Of a stretch of DNA of 64,000 nucleotides, positions 10,814-20,879 are shown piece after piece. How positions within the stretch are numbered: the first letter of the stretch is position 1; the number at the start of each line of letters is the position of its first letter. Below the pieces are notes generated by a model. That model was given only the letters and a program-made list of their open reading frames with translations. It had not been told where the DNA came from and ran no database searches. A program made the translations under genes and the position numbers. Location of the stretch: assembly GCA_963817255.1 (NCBI GenBank), contig CAWFNT010000004.1:168001-232000 (forward strand), given 5' to 3'. Origin of the DNA: an uncultured Actinomycetes bacterium (GTDB lineage: Bacteria; Actinomycetota; Coriobacteriia; Anaerosomatales; CAVRZR01).

Positions 10814-10978
10814 GTGCGCGATGTCTTGACGGGGTTCCGGGGGATGATAGGGGAGTACTCGACGGCGGGGGACGACGGACCGAGGTGGATTCCCAACGGC
10901 GAGCCGTGCCATGCTAGACGCTAGAGAACGCCCACGGTGCGCCCAGACCGGGCGCCTGCCGACAGATCGGACGCGATC

Positions 10979-12502
10979 TTGACTGTAGCCACCACACGAG
11001 CACGAGCCGCCCGCGGCTTCCTTGCTCGAGCCGCCCTGGTCGGCGCGCTCGTCCTGGCACTCGTACCCTCGGGTCCCTCTGCAGCCCACGGTTGAGGCAG
11101 CTCCGACGTGACACCGCCCGTGACGACGGTGCAGCTGAGTTCGGCGACGCAACAATGGTCGAGTGTGACAGTGACGACGGGACCTGCGGTGACAGTCTCG
11201 TCGGCCACGACCGTCACGGTGACACTGATTGCCTTCGATTCCGAGTGCGTACCGCAGATCTGGTACAGCCTGAACGGCGGGGATCTGATCAAGTACCAGA
11301 CTCCGTTCAACGTCGCCGCTCGGGGTGACACGCTCCTCACGTGCAAGTCTGCGGATCTTTCCAGCAACTGGGAGGTCGCTCAGTACGTGAAGATCAGGAT
11401 CAAGGATGCCGGCGGCACCGGTGGCGCCTCGGTGGACAAGGAACCGCCGAGGGTAGATGCGATCGTGTCACCGTCTGCGTGGTCCAAGGGCCCGGTCACC
11501 GTGACGATCAACGCTAGCGACGATGCGGGTCCGGTCACGGTCGTGTACGCGATAGGAAGTGCGCCGGCGAAGCCATACTCCGCGCCTTTCACCATCGATG
11601 CCGAAGGACGGACGGCTGTCACCTACACGGCTACCGACGCAGCCGGCCGCACGACGTCCGGTACGCTGATGGCGCTGATCGACAAGACGCCGCCAACGGT
11701 GTCCGCCGCCGATCCGGTGACCTCGACTGCAGGCGTATCCGTGGGCGCACGGACGGAGGATCTTCTCTCGGGTGTCGGCACGTTGTCGTACAGGGTTGAC
11801 TCGGGAGCGTGGGTCGAAGGGCCACACGTGCTCATCTCCGCCCCGGGTACTCACACCGTCACTTTCGAGGCTCGAGACCTCGCCGGGAATGTCGGTACTG
11901 CGGTGGCGACGGCAGTGCTCCCGACTCCGACGACCCTATCGATCGTGGGTCCGTCAGTGCCGGTGTCGTTTAGCAAGGGAGCGATCCTCTCCGGCGTCCT
12001 GACCGATACGGCTGGTGTCCCGACGGTAGGATCGACCATCGGTCTCGAACGACTCGTGGGGTCGAAGTGGCTCCCAGTCGCGGGCGCAAGGGCGACCACG
12101 GGCCGGGATGGCCGATGGGCGATCTCCGCGCGCCCGAGCTCGGTAACGCGCTATAGAGCGGTATTCGTCGGTGGCGGTGCGCTGCTCGCGTCCGGGAGTA
12201 CCGGCGCGCTCGTCAGGGTCGGCGCAGCCCTGAGCGTTCCGGTCGTGACCGGAAAGGGCCGAGTGTTCTCGGTTACCGGCAAGATGCTCCCGGCGCATGC
12301 GTCGACCGTGAAGATTGAGGTCTATCGCAGTGTCGGGCGCGGCTGGGCACTCTACCGCCGCTTCAACGCCAAGACGACTGCTGGGGGGAAGTACGCCTTG
12401 GGCCTGACTCTGCCGAAAGGGAAGTGGCGCGTCCGCGCCACTCACAGCGATGCAGGACACGCTCCCTCGAGCAGCGGGTTTCGCGAGGTAGTCGTCCGGT
12501 AG
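10979..12502 (+). CDS. secreted multi-Ig-like domain protein; signal peptide separated from the body by an in-frame TGA
   Basis: TTG at 10979 encodes LTVATTRARAARGFLARAALVGALVLALVPSGPSAAHG, followed by TGA at 11093-11095 in the same frame as ORF 11108-12502. The body has Ig-like repeats (PPRVDAIVSPSAWSKGPVTVTINASDDAG.., KTPPTVSAADPV..) and two terminal beta-sandwich modules. Confidence 0.6.
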
Positions 12503-12710
12503 CCGCCACGGTCGGGAATCACCCAACCGAGTCGGAGAGAGCTCGTGTCGCCCGCGGTCCCTGACGCGTGCCACCGCCCGCGGCGCAGTCGAGCGCTGAC
12601 CCCACGTGTTCGACGCTGACGGGAACGATTCGCCGGTCGGGCCGTATCCAATCGGCGAAGAATGGCATATAATCCCTGCTAGATGGCATGGCTTCTCGGG
12701 GGAGGGCATC

Positions 12711-13733
12711 ATGGCTGCAACACGCGTGCGCCGCTGTGCAGGTCGTCTGTCATTGGGGCTTCTCATCAGTCTTGCGCTGGTCGCGACGGCCGTCGTGCCG
12801 ACCGGCACGGCTGCGACACAAACGGTGCAAGGCGCGGCGTACGGGCATCTCACGAAGTTCGTGGGGCAGTACAACGCAGCCGGGTTCTCACGGGTGGTCA
12901 AGCTCGGAGACATGGCCATCTACCGCACGACGCTGAGCGGGTTAACCGTCAAGGTCGATCCCAAGCTTAAGCCGATCGCACAGTACGACCCAAAGACGAA
13001 CACGATCACGTTCTCAAAGGACCCGCGGAAGGTGACATCGGCCCAGTCGCTGGACTTTGGGGAGACCGTGTGGCACGAGCTCACTCACGCCATCGAAGAC
13101 GCGCGCGGTGACATAGGCGTGTTCGACAGCGAAGCCTACGCGGAGCGCAACATCGACTACATGACGTACATCGTGGGCAACGCGCTTCCGTTCCTGAAAA
13201 CGATGGAGGCGAAGGCGAAGGCCGGGGCGAAGGCGGCGACTCTTGAGGCCTACTGGCGGAAGTTCATGGCAAAGGTCGCGGCTGCCTCCACGCTACCCTC
13301 GGTCAAGCAGTACCCACCCAACTTCGAGACCATGCGGTTGTGGTTCGGCTTCAAGGTCAACCCTGAAGAGGTCAAACGGATGTACGCCACGAACAAGGCG
13401 TTCTCGTCCAAGACCTGGGCGCAAGTGCGACTCGCACTTAGGGGAGAGCCGCTCTCGTGGACCGGGGAATGGAACACCAATTGGGGCCTGATGAGCCTCA
13501 CGCAGAGCGGCTCCACGGTCACCGGGGCATACACGCACGACCGCGGCAAGATCGCTGCAACAGCCAACGGGCGAACGATAACGGGCCGCTGGTCCGAGTA
13601 TCCGAGTTACAAGGGGCCGACCGACGCAGGCACGATTTCGTTCACCATCTCAGCTGACGGCAAGACCTTCGCCGGGACGTGGACGTACGACGGCGGCGGC
13701 GGGGGAGGCTGGACCGGCACGCGCTTGAGGTAG
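12711..13733 (+). CDS. secreted HExxH protein (putative zinc metallopeptidase-like) with C-terminal beta-rich domain
   Basis: ATG at 12711 follows GGGGGAGGG. The signal peptide is MAATRVRRCAGRLSLGLLISLALVATAVVPTGTAAT. The motif is WHELTHAIED. The C-terminus is Gly-rich (..WTYDGGGGGGWTGTRLR). Confidence 0.6.
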   Translation: MAATRVRRCAGRLSLGLLISLALVATAVVPTGTAATQTVQGAAYGHLTKFVGQYNAAGFSRVVKLGDMAIYRTTLSGLTVKVDPKLKPIAQYDPKTNTITFSKDPRKVTSAQSLDFGETVWHELTHAIEDARGDIGVFDSEAYAERNIDYMTYIVGNALPFLKTMEAKAKAGAKAATLEAYWRKFMAKVAAASTLPSVKQYPPNFETMRLWFGFKVNPEEVKRMYATNKAFSSKTWAQVRLALRGEPLSWTGEWNTNWGLMSLTQSGSTVTGAYTHDRGKIAATANGRTITGRWSEYPSYKGPTDAGTISFTISADGKTFAGTWTYDGGGGGGWTGTRLR

Positions 13734-14017
13734 GCCGCCGCCCGGAACTGAGACGCGCGTCCGCGGCCATGAGGTCCGCGACAGTGCACGGCAACGACGT
13801 GCGCGCCGACGAGGAGAACGTCCTCTACGTCACTTCCGGCGACATGCCTGCTTTCGAGAGCCGACTTCACGTTATGGAGCGCGAAGAGGCACTCGGGTAG
13901 GGACGTCTGCAGTCCCGTTAGCGCCTCGCTCGCGACCGCTCGCTCGACAACCTCGCGCGCACGACCACGCGCACGTGTCGGTTCGGTCTTCACGCTATGC
14001 TGCGCACGGAGGTGCGC

Positions 14018-14749
14018 ATGATCGCGTTCCAGAGGGTCGAGATCGGTCACGGTGGACTGCCCGTGTGCGCGGGCTGCGCCGCGCTTTCGGCGCCCGAGAT
14101 GCGCTCGGCGGAAGGCGTGCTGGCGGACCTGAGCCGAGTCGCACGAACGTGGGCGACCGGTCCCGGGCCCAATGCCTGGCTGGCTGGCGCCGACGCCTTC
14201 GCGCACCCGGAACTGCCGCGCCTCGTCGACGAGGCCTCTCGCCTCGGCATCGAGCGGATCAAGGTCTCGACCGCCGGACCCGCACTCGCCCAAGGATCGA
14301 ACGCGGCGGGCTCCATCGAGGCTGGTATTCGGCACGTCGAGGTCGTGGTTCTCGGCGTCGAACAGTCACCAGACCGGCTGGCACACGTGCCTGCGTTCTC
14401 GGACGCCGTCGAAGGACTCTCGGCCTACCTCGCCGCGGCTCGGACCCTCGATGTCGCCGTGGCCGTCGTGGGTCGGGTCCGCGTCTGCGCTCACACGCAC
14501 GCCACCGTGCCCGCGACCGTCGCGGCTCTGGCGGCCGCGGGCGCTGTCGCCATCGCCGTGGAGGTGGCGGATAGCGCGCCTCGGCCGGACCCGGCTTGGC
14601 TTTCGGCGGTCGTCGATTCCGGCGTCGTCAACGGCGCATGGGTGCAGTTCGAAAGTCTTCAAGTGGACCAAAGCGCACCAGGAGGCCAGGTGGACGGTTC
14701 CACCGTCTCGGCGGCCCGAGCGTGGACCGACAGCGAGGCCGGCGCATGA
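14018..14749 (+). CDS. radical-SAM-like fold protein lacking the canonical CxxxCxxC triad
   Basis: The pattern ..AFAHPELPRLVDEASRLGIERIKVSTAG..IRHVEVVVLG.. resembles radical SAM core strands, but only CAGC is present near the N-terminus. The stop overlaps the next start (ATGA at 14746-14749). The start could be 13997 or 14018. Confidence 0.5.
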   Translation: MIAFQRVEIGHGGLPVCAGCAALSAPEMRSAEGVLADLSRVARTWATGPGPNAWLAGADAFAHPELPRLVDEASRLGIERIKVSTAGPALAQGSNAAGSIEAGIRHVEVVVLGVEQSPDRLAHVPAFSDAVEGLSAYLAAARTLDVAVAVVGRVRVCAHTHATVPATVAALAAAGAVAIAVEVADSAPRPDPAWLSAVVDSGVVNGAWVQFESLQVDQSAPGGQVDGSTVSAARAWTDSEAGA

Positions 14750-16081
14750 CACCTCCCGCGCTCAGAATCGCGCTGGTCGGTCTGAACTCCCCAGGCTATC
14801 GCTCGCTTGCGCTCGGATACCTCCGCGCGTACGCGCAGGCAGACGCGCGCCTTGACGGCGTTGCGTTCACGACTCTCGATCTCGACACGACGACCGACCC
14901 GTGGTGGATCGCGTACCGAGTCCTCGGCCTCGACCCGCAACCCGATGTCGTGGCTTTCTCCGTAGTCTGTTGGAATGCTCGGCAGGTTTACGAGGCGGCG
15001 CGCGTCATCAAACGGGCGCAGCCGGATCTATTCGTCGTGCTCGGCGGGCCGGAGGTCGGACCGATCGCCGAAGAAGTGCTTGCTTCGCAGCCGGGCCGTC
15101 GATGCCGTCGTGCGGGGCGAAGGCGAGGCCACGTTCGCGGACCTGCTCGCCCGGCTGGCCGAATCACGCAGCGGCGAGGACCCGCATGCCGCAACTGACC
15201 TCACAGACGTCGCCGGCGTCACGAGCCGGTCTGGAGACAGGATCGTCTCAGCGCCCGATCGCGAGCTCATCGAGGACCTCGACACAATCCCTTCGCCGTA
15301 CCTCACGGGAGTCACGGTTCCCATCGACGGGGCCACGTACCTCGAGACCTACCGCGGCTGCCCGCATCGCTGCGCGTACTGCTTCGAGGGCAAAGGCTAC
15401 GGGCGCATTCGCCGCTTCTCGGACGAGCGGATCGCCGCGGAGATCGACTTCGTCGCATCTCACCCCGACGTTCGCTCGTTCTCCTTCATCGATCCGGTCT
15501 TCAACCTCACGCCCGAACGTCTCGCATGGCTCTCGCGGCGTCTCGCGCCCCACGCCGAGCGCGGGGTCCGACTGCATACCATCGAGGTCGACATCGAGAG
15601 GATCGGACCCGCGGAGGCCGCGCTCATGCGTGCGGCAGGGGTTGCGACGTGGAGACCGGACCGCAGTCCGTCGGCGCGGCCGCGCTCGACACGTGCCACC
15701 GCGCGTTCGATCGAGATCGCTTCGCAGCCGGGTGTCAGAGCGCTCAAGACCGAAGGTATCTCGGTAGAGTGCGACCTCATCGTCGGTCTGCCCGGCGATG
15801 CGCCCTCCGACGTCGTGTCGGGTCTGGAATTCGCCATCGGGCTGGACCCGGGCGCGGTGCAGATCTCGACGCTGCGCGTGCTGCCCGGTACCGAGCTTTG
15901 GCAGCGCGCCGACGAGCTCGGTGTACGCTATGACCCCGCACCGCCTCACGAGGTCATCGCCACGGACCAGATGAGCTTCGGCGACCTGCGCCGGCTCGAG
16001 GCACTCGGCACCGCCGCCACCGCGATCTACAAGGCTCGCTCGTCGAGAGCGGCACGCGCACCTGATGGAGGACGTTCTTGA
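14746..16081 (+). CDS. B12-binding-domain radical SAM enzyme; three frameshifts in this assembly
   Basis: The N-terminal B12-binding-like part is MTPPALRIALVGLNSPGY..VVAFSVVCWN..LFVVLGGPEV. The radical SAM cluster motif is YRGCPHRCAYCFEG. Fragments join by removing a G at 15093-15095 and at 15730-15732, plus a 1-nt correction near 15637-15650 (..AAGV..VETGPQSVGAAALDTCHRAFDRDRFAAGVRALKTEGISVECDLIVGLPGD). Confidence 0.8.
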
Positions 16082-17236
16082 CCAACGTTTCGCGCCGCGC
16101 CCAGCTCATTCGGCCCTTCGTCGTCATGGACGTCGTGGCCCGCGCCAAGGAACTCGAGTCCGAAGGGCGCGACATCGTCCGTCTGGAGATCGGCGATCCG
16201 GACCTGCCCACCCCCGACGTCGTCAAGCACGCCGCCGAGGAGGCGATGGAGCACGGCGACACCGGCTACACGCAGTCGCTCGGCCTGCCGAGCCTGCGCG
16301 AGGCCATATCGCTCCACTTCGATACCGCGTACGGCGTCGACGTCGACCCCGAGCACATCGTCGTGAGCCAGGGCACGTCGCCGGCGATGCTGCTGCTCTT
16401 CGGCGCCCTGCTCGATCCGGGCGACGAGGTCGTCATCTCGGACCCCTGCTATCCGGCGTATCCCAACTACGTCGCATTCCTCGGCGGAGTGCCCGTGCCG
16501 GTGACGGTGCGTGCCGAGGACGCGTTCCGTTTCCGGCCGGACGAGGTGCGGGCCGCCATCACGCCGCGCACGCGCGGCATCGTCATCAACTCGCCGTCGA
16601 ATCCGATGGGCGCGGTGCTCCGCGAGCAGGACCTCCGCGAGCTCGCGTCCATCGCCGAGGAGGCAGGTATCTGGATCGTGAGCGACGAGATCTACCACGG
16701 TCTGGACTTCGTGGAGCGCGCCCACAGCATCCTCGAGTACACCGACCGGGCGTTCGTGCTGAACGGGTTCTCGAAGACCTACGCGATGACGGGTTGGCGT
16801 CTCGGCTACCTCATCGCGCCGGAGGAGTTCGTTCGCCCGTGCGAGAAGATCCAGCAGAACTTCTTCCTGTGCGCCAACCACTTCGTACAAGTGGCCGGCA
16901 TCGCAGCGCTCACGCAGGCGCAGGACGACGTCGCCGCGATGCGGGCGACCTACGACGAGCGCCGGACCTACCTCGTGCCCGCGCTGCGAGAGATCGGTCT
17001 GGGAGTCGCGTGCGAGCCCACCGGCGCCTTCTACGTCTTCGCCGATGCGAGGGCGTGGGGCGACGGACTCCTTGTCGCTGTCCGGACGACTGCTCGAGGA
17101 GGCCGGCGTCGCGACGGCGCCGGGTATCGACTTCGGCCCGGGAGGGGAGGGGTTCTTGCGCATCAGCTACGCGACGGACCTCTCTCGCCTCAAGGAAGGC
17201 GTGCGACGGCTGGGCGATTGGGCCTCTCGCCAGTAG
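16078..17236 (+). CDS. class I/II pyridoxal-phosphate aminotransferase (aspartate/aromatic type); frameshifted near the 3' end
   Basis: Motifs are LEIGDPDLPTP, SPSNPMGAV and FSKTYAMTGWRLGY (PLP lysine). The TTG start overlaps the upstream stop (TTGA). The C-terminus ..SLSLSGRLLEEAGVATAPGIDFGPGGEGFLRISYA.. is in ORF 17045-17236. Removing one G from run 17057-17060 joins them. The 743-aa ORF in the track is read-through. Confidence 0.85.
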
Positions 17237-17431
17237 CCGGCGGTGCCGATACTCCGCTTGTGGGCCGGTCGTCTGGCACGACACACCGTCTGTGGCCGGG
17301 CGCCGGGCAGCGGGGCGCGTCGCCAGCTGGATGCAACTGTCAGGTATGGCCTTTGCTCTACCCGGTCCGGGCGGGGAGTGGCTCGTCAGCGTGCAGTCTC
17401 ATCGCCGCGCAGCGGTTGGAAGGGGTACGGA

Positions 17432-18151
17432 GTGACGTCCGATATCTGGAGCAAGGCAGACCTGCATATCCACAGCCATCACAGCGACGGCCTCGCCTCC
17501 ATCCCCGAGATCATGGACTACGTCCAGAACGAGACGGATCTCAAGGTCATCGCCATCACCGACCACAACACGCTCGAAGGCTCGCTCATCGCCAAGGCGA
17601 TGGAGGACGAGTACGAGTTCGAGGTCATAGTCGCCGAGGAGGTCTCGTCGAAATCCGGTCACATCATCGGGTTGTTCCTCGAGAAGCCGATCCGGCAAGG
17701 CATGTCGGTCGTGGAAACGCTGGCGGCGATAGACGACCAGGGCGGCGTTGCCGTCATACCTCACCCATTCTCGAGCCGCGGGGTGTTCGGCCCCTTCGGC
17801 CGGAACGCCTTTGGCGCCGCCATCGGCGAACTCGCCTTCCACGCGCTCGAGGTCTACAACTCGATCCCGTACCTCGGCTGGGCGAACCGTGTGGCCGCGC
17901 AGATGTTCACGGGCGGCCAGGGCATCGCGGCCACCGGAGGCTCGGACGCTCACGTGCTCAAGGGCATCGGTACCGGGTGCACTGTGTTTCGCGGGACGAC
18001 CGCAGAGGATCTCAGGCAGAGCATCTGCCGTCTCGAGACCCGCGCCGAAAGCAATGCCGCGGGACTGAGCATGGCGTTGCGCTACGCGGTCAAGATCCCG
18101 CAGATACGGCGCCAGCAGGCGTGGAACTGGGAGCGCTGCAAGTCCGTCTAG
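17432..18151 (+). CDS. PHP-domain metal-dependent phosphoesterase
   Basis: GTG at 17432 follows GGAAGGGG. Motifs are ADLHIHSHHSDG, VIAITDHNT, IPHPF and GGSDAH. Confidence 0.8.
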   Translation: MTSDIWSKADLHIHSHHSDGLASIPEIMDYVQNETDLKVIAITDHNTLEGSLIAKAMEDEYEFEVIVAEEVSSKSGHIIGLFLEKPIRQGMSVVETLAAIDDQGGVAVIPHPFSSRGVFGPFGRNAFGAAIGELAFHALEVYNSIPYLGWANRVAAQMFTGGQGIAATGGSDAHVLKGIGTGCTVFRGTTAEDLRQSICRLETRAESNAAGLSMALRYAVKIPQIRRQQAWNWERCKSV

Positions 18152-19452
18152 GACGCTTCCGGCGCCACCTCATCGAACTCTCTCAGCGCATCGAGCGCTG
18201 CGGCGCGCAGCGCGTCGACGATCTCCGGCTCGTCGCGCCACGTCGAGAGCGTCACCACCGGGACGCTCGGCTCCACTCGGGACTGTCTGATCGCTATCGG
18301 CACGTCTAGCAGTGTCGAGATGCTGTCGAACGCGTAGCACGTCGGCGAGACGAGGATCCGAGCGCACCCAAGCGCCGCGAGATGACGGACCGTGGACGTG
18401 ATGTCCGGCTCTCGCCAGTCCGCCCACGCCAGGCGTACGTTGGCCGGCGTGACAGTGTCCTCTGTGAAGAGCATCTTGACCCGATTGACGAAGGCCGCCT
18501 CATCGTCGTCGAATCCCGGATTCAGCTCCGCCTGCGGGTCCGGCTGCCCGTGGGCGACCAAGATGACTCCCGTGCGATCCGGCGCGTCGAGCCCGACCTC
18601 GATCCGACGTGCCACGAGGGCGGCAATGGCGTCGGCAGCACCCAGCGCGGGTCCATACGCGACGCTGATGCCCGCGTCCTCCGGACGCCCACGATCCAGC
18701 AGGCTCTTCGCTCGGATCATCTCGAGCGACTCGGCGATCCCGAGTGGAAGGACCGCGACGCGAGCGTACCCGGCCTTCACCAGGTCCTCCACCTGATCAC
18801 GCAGCGTTTCCGGACCAGAGCACCAGGCGAGACCGAAGTAGTCGAACGCCGATCCGGCAAGCGACGACTCGACGGCCTCGAGGATCTCGCGCACTTGTCG
18901 TCGAGCCGGACTGATCCCGCCCACGGCGCGGTAGCGGGCTTTCTGGGCCGCGAAGAGGAACGGGGTCGCGACGATCCCGAGCCGCAGCACGTCGTCGTCT
19001 TGAAGCTGCACGAGCTCGAGCGCGGTCGCCGAGGGCGAGTACGTCTCGGGTTCGGCGTCGCTCAAGAGGAGCAGGGCCGTACGGTCACCCGTTCGCTTCG
19101 GCACAGGCCGTGGCTCCTGGGGATGCGCGGTTTGAGGGAGTATCGCCGAAGCGAGGGAGTACCCGCCGAAGAACGCCCCCATAGCCAACAGCGTCGCGAT
19201 CGCGGGGGCAGGTGAGCTCTGGTACTCGCCGATCAGACGTCCGAGCGACCAAGCGGCCACGATGACGCCGGCGATGCTCGCGATTCCGCCGACCGTGTCG
19301 CGTCCCGCGGGCAGGGACAGCGCAGCTACGGCGCCGAGGCCGCCCACCAGACCGCTAATCACGAGAGTGACCCAGAGCTCGTTAGTCACACAACCCTCCT
19401 CGGTGGCGATGATATCCTGACTGCGCTCCTGATTGACTGAGAAATACCCCAT
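18148..19452 (-). CDS. ferrochelatase-family protein with N-terminal transmembrane segments
   Basis: Ferrochelatase-like blocks are RYRAVGGISPARRQ, VAVLPLG, VILVAHGQP and WREPDITSTVRHLAALGCARILVSPTCYAFDSISTLLDV. They are preceded by three hydrophobic helices. The annotated ATG lies inside the palindrome at 19444-19459. Confidence 0.6.
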   Translation of the reverse strand: MGYFSVNQERSQDIIATEEGCVTNELWVTLVISGLVGGLGAVAALSLPAGRDTVGGIASIAGVIVAAWSLGRLIGEYQSSPAPAIATLLAMGAFFGGYSLASAILPQTAHPQEPRPVPKRTGDRTALLLLSDAEPETYSPSATALELVQLQDDDVLRLGIVATPFLFAAQKARYRAVGGISPARRQVREILEAVESSLAGSAFDYFGLAWCSGPETLRDQVEDLVKAGYARVAVLPLGIAESLEMIRAKSLLDRGRPEDAGISVAYGPALGAADAIAALVARRIEVGLDAPDRTGVILVAHGQPDPQAELNPGFDDDEAAFVNRVKMLFTEDTVTPANVRLAWADWREPDITSTVRHLAALGCARILVSPTCYAFDSISTLLDVPIAIRQSRVEPSVPVVTLSTWRDEPEIVDALRAAALDALREFDEVAPEAS

Positions 19453-19459
19453 GGGGTAT
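19444..19459. promoter_or_regulatory. candidate CsoR/RcnR-type operator (perfect 16-bp palindrome ATACCCCATGGGGTAT)
   Basis: Perfect inverted repeat with a central G/C tract flanked by ATA/TAT, 39 nt upstream of trxA. It closely matches the second site at 20880-20896 next to the csoR-like gene. Confidence 0.6.
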
Positions 19460-19497
19460 AACTACCTCTGTGGAGCGATCACCGAGAAGGGACACCC

Positions 19498-19821
19498 ATG
19501 AGTAATGCGCTGGACGTGACGAACGAGAACTTCGACTCCGAGGTACTCCAGGCCGAAGTGCCTGTTGTCGTGGATTTCTGGGCTCCGTGGTGCGGTCCGT
19601 GCCGCCTTGTGGGTCCCGAGATCGACAAGCTCGCCGCACGACTCGGCTCGAGCGTCAAGTTCGTGAAGGTGAATGTCGATGAGAATCGCGAACTCGCAAT
19701 GCGATACGGCGTGATGAGCATTCCGACCATCGTCAAGTTTGACGCGGGAGAGGTTGCCGGTCAGGTCGTGGGTGCGCGCGGAGCGGACGCGCTGGCCAAG
19801 GAATTCGGTCTGGGGGCCTAA
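19498..19821 (+). CDS. trxA: thioredoxin
   Basis: 107 aa with the WAPWCGPC active site and full-length thioredoxin pattern. Confidence 0.95.
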   Translation: MSNALDVTNENFDSEVLQAEVPVVVDFWAPWCGPCRLVGPEIDKLAARLGSSVKFVKVNVDENRELAMRYGVMSIPTIVKFDAGEVAGQVVGARGADALAKEFGLGA

Positions 19822-19823
19822 CG

Positions 19824-20021
19824 GTGCCGACGTATGATCTCACGTGCGATGCGTGCGGAGAGACCTTCGAGAAGTTCCTGACGCGGTTGCTCGCCGACGA
19901 CGACAGGATCTGCCCGAAGTGCGGTTCGCGCAACGTGAAGGCCGGGTTCGGAGGCGGCTTCCTCGGCGCGGGAACAACGCCCAGCGTATCCAGCGCCTGC
20001 CCGACGAGCCGATTCGGTTGA
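19824..20021 (+). CDS. FmdB-family zinc-ribbon protein
   Basis: MPTYDLTCDACGETFE..RICPKCGS (CxxC..CxxC), typical of the FmdB/CxxC_CxxC_SSSS family. GTG at 19824 lies 3 nt after the trxA stop. Confidence 0.8.
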   Translation: MPTYDLTCDACGETFEKFLTRLLADDDRICPKCGSRNVKAGFGGGFLGAGTTPSVSSACPTSRFG

Positions 20022-20083
20022 GCCTAGGGTCGCGTCCGGTCAGGGCGTGACGTTGCCGACGCGGAGCACGGGGGAGGATCGAC

Positions 20084-20477
20084 GTGCGGTTCGCCTACAA
20101 ACGGCAGATCAACGGCACTCTCGACGATGTCGTGCGGGCGGTCGCTGCTGCAGCGGATCGTAGAGGGTTCTCGGTCGTCGAATCCTACGATATCCAGGCC
20201 GCGCTCGCGGCCAAGGGCTTCTCCATCCGTCCGCTGCGCATCATCGAACTCGGTCTTACCAAGGACGGTCCTGACCCGCTCGTGTCGTTGCTGCTGCCGT
20301 TTCGACTGAACGTCTTCCAGGAGGGGAGAACACGTCGTCGTGGCCGCCCTCAGGCCCTCGCTATTCGTGGAGGTCTATCCGGAACAGGAGCTCGATCAGG
20401 CTGCGCAATCACTCGAGAAGGCGATCATCCGCGTGATCGACGAGGCCTGCGAGTCACTGGCGGCGGGTCCGAACTGA
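20084..20477 (+). CDS. DUF302 domain protein; frameshifted in this assembly
   Basis: The N-terminal part is in ORF 20084. Removing one G from run 20323-20326 gives ..LNVFQEGEHVVVAALRPSLFVEVYPEQELDQAAQSLEKAIIRVIDEACESLAAGPN with TGA at 20475-20477, a typical DUF302 C-terminus. Confidence 0.75.
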
Positions 20478-20498
20478 GGCGTTGGCGAGTGTCGCTCG

Positions 20499-20810
20499 CT
20501 ACTTCACACACGACGAGTACTTCATGAAGACCTGGATCGCCTCATCAATGAGTTGATCGCGGTCGGTCACCCGCTCGTCGATAAGGCATTCCTTCATGGC
20601 GTGACCGATCACGTGCATGCCGACCTGATTGAGCGCCGACTTTGCGGCGAGGATCTGTGTGAGAATGGCCTCGCATTCCTTTCCGGACTCGATCATCGAC
20701 TGAAGGCCGCGAATCTGGCCTTCGAGCCGCTTGAGTCGGTTCACGAGTTGTCGCTGCTCGTACAGGCGGTCCTCTGACAGCGCGCCTTGCGCAGGAATCG
20801 CTTCGGCCAT
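20499..20810 (-). CDS. CsoR/RcnR-family metal-sensing transcriptional repressor
   Basis: 103 aa with RLKRLEGQIRGLQSMIE..ECEAILTQILAAKSALNQVGMHVIGHAMKEC (DUF156 pattern with Cys/His ligands). AGGAG lies upstream of the ATG. Confidence 0.9.
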   Translation of the reverse strand: MAEAIPAQGALSEDRLYEQRQLVNRLKRLEGQIRGLQSMIESGKECEAILTQILAAKSALNQVGMHVIGHAMKECLIDERVTDRDQLIDEAIQVFMKYSSCVK

Positions 20811-20879
20811 ACCAGCTCCTCTGTTTCGCGTACGATATAGGCGAGGCGCCTACGGGGTCGTCCTCGTCGTCGAATCATG

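Noticed and set aside
12662-12680. TGGCATATAATCCCTGCT upstream of the HExxH gene, as a sigma-54 promoter.
   Set aside because: The GG-to-GC spacing is two nt too long. The element instead contains a perfect TATAAT, so it is more likely a sigma-70-type -10 box. The -35 is weak, so I did not list it as a feature.
13607-14335. 242-aa minus-strand ORF containing a CX5R-like string (VHCRGPHGR) and a vaguely rhodanese-like segment in the 13740-13993 gap.
   Set aside because: The ORF overlaps the 3' end of the HExxH gene and the 5' end of the radical-SAM-like gene on the opposite strand. It has no RBS, and the similarity is only a short motif. This is typical of antisense ORFs in G+C-rich DNA.
16078-18309. 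743-aa ORF in the track, apparently a giant aminotransferase fusion.
   Set aside because: After about 17058 the translation becomes Arg/Gly/Pro-rich nonsense, while the genuine aminotransferase C-terminus and the PHP protein are in other frames. It is read-through created by the extra G at 17057-17060.
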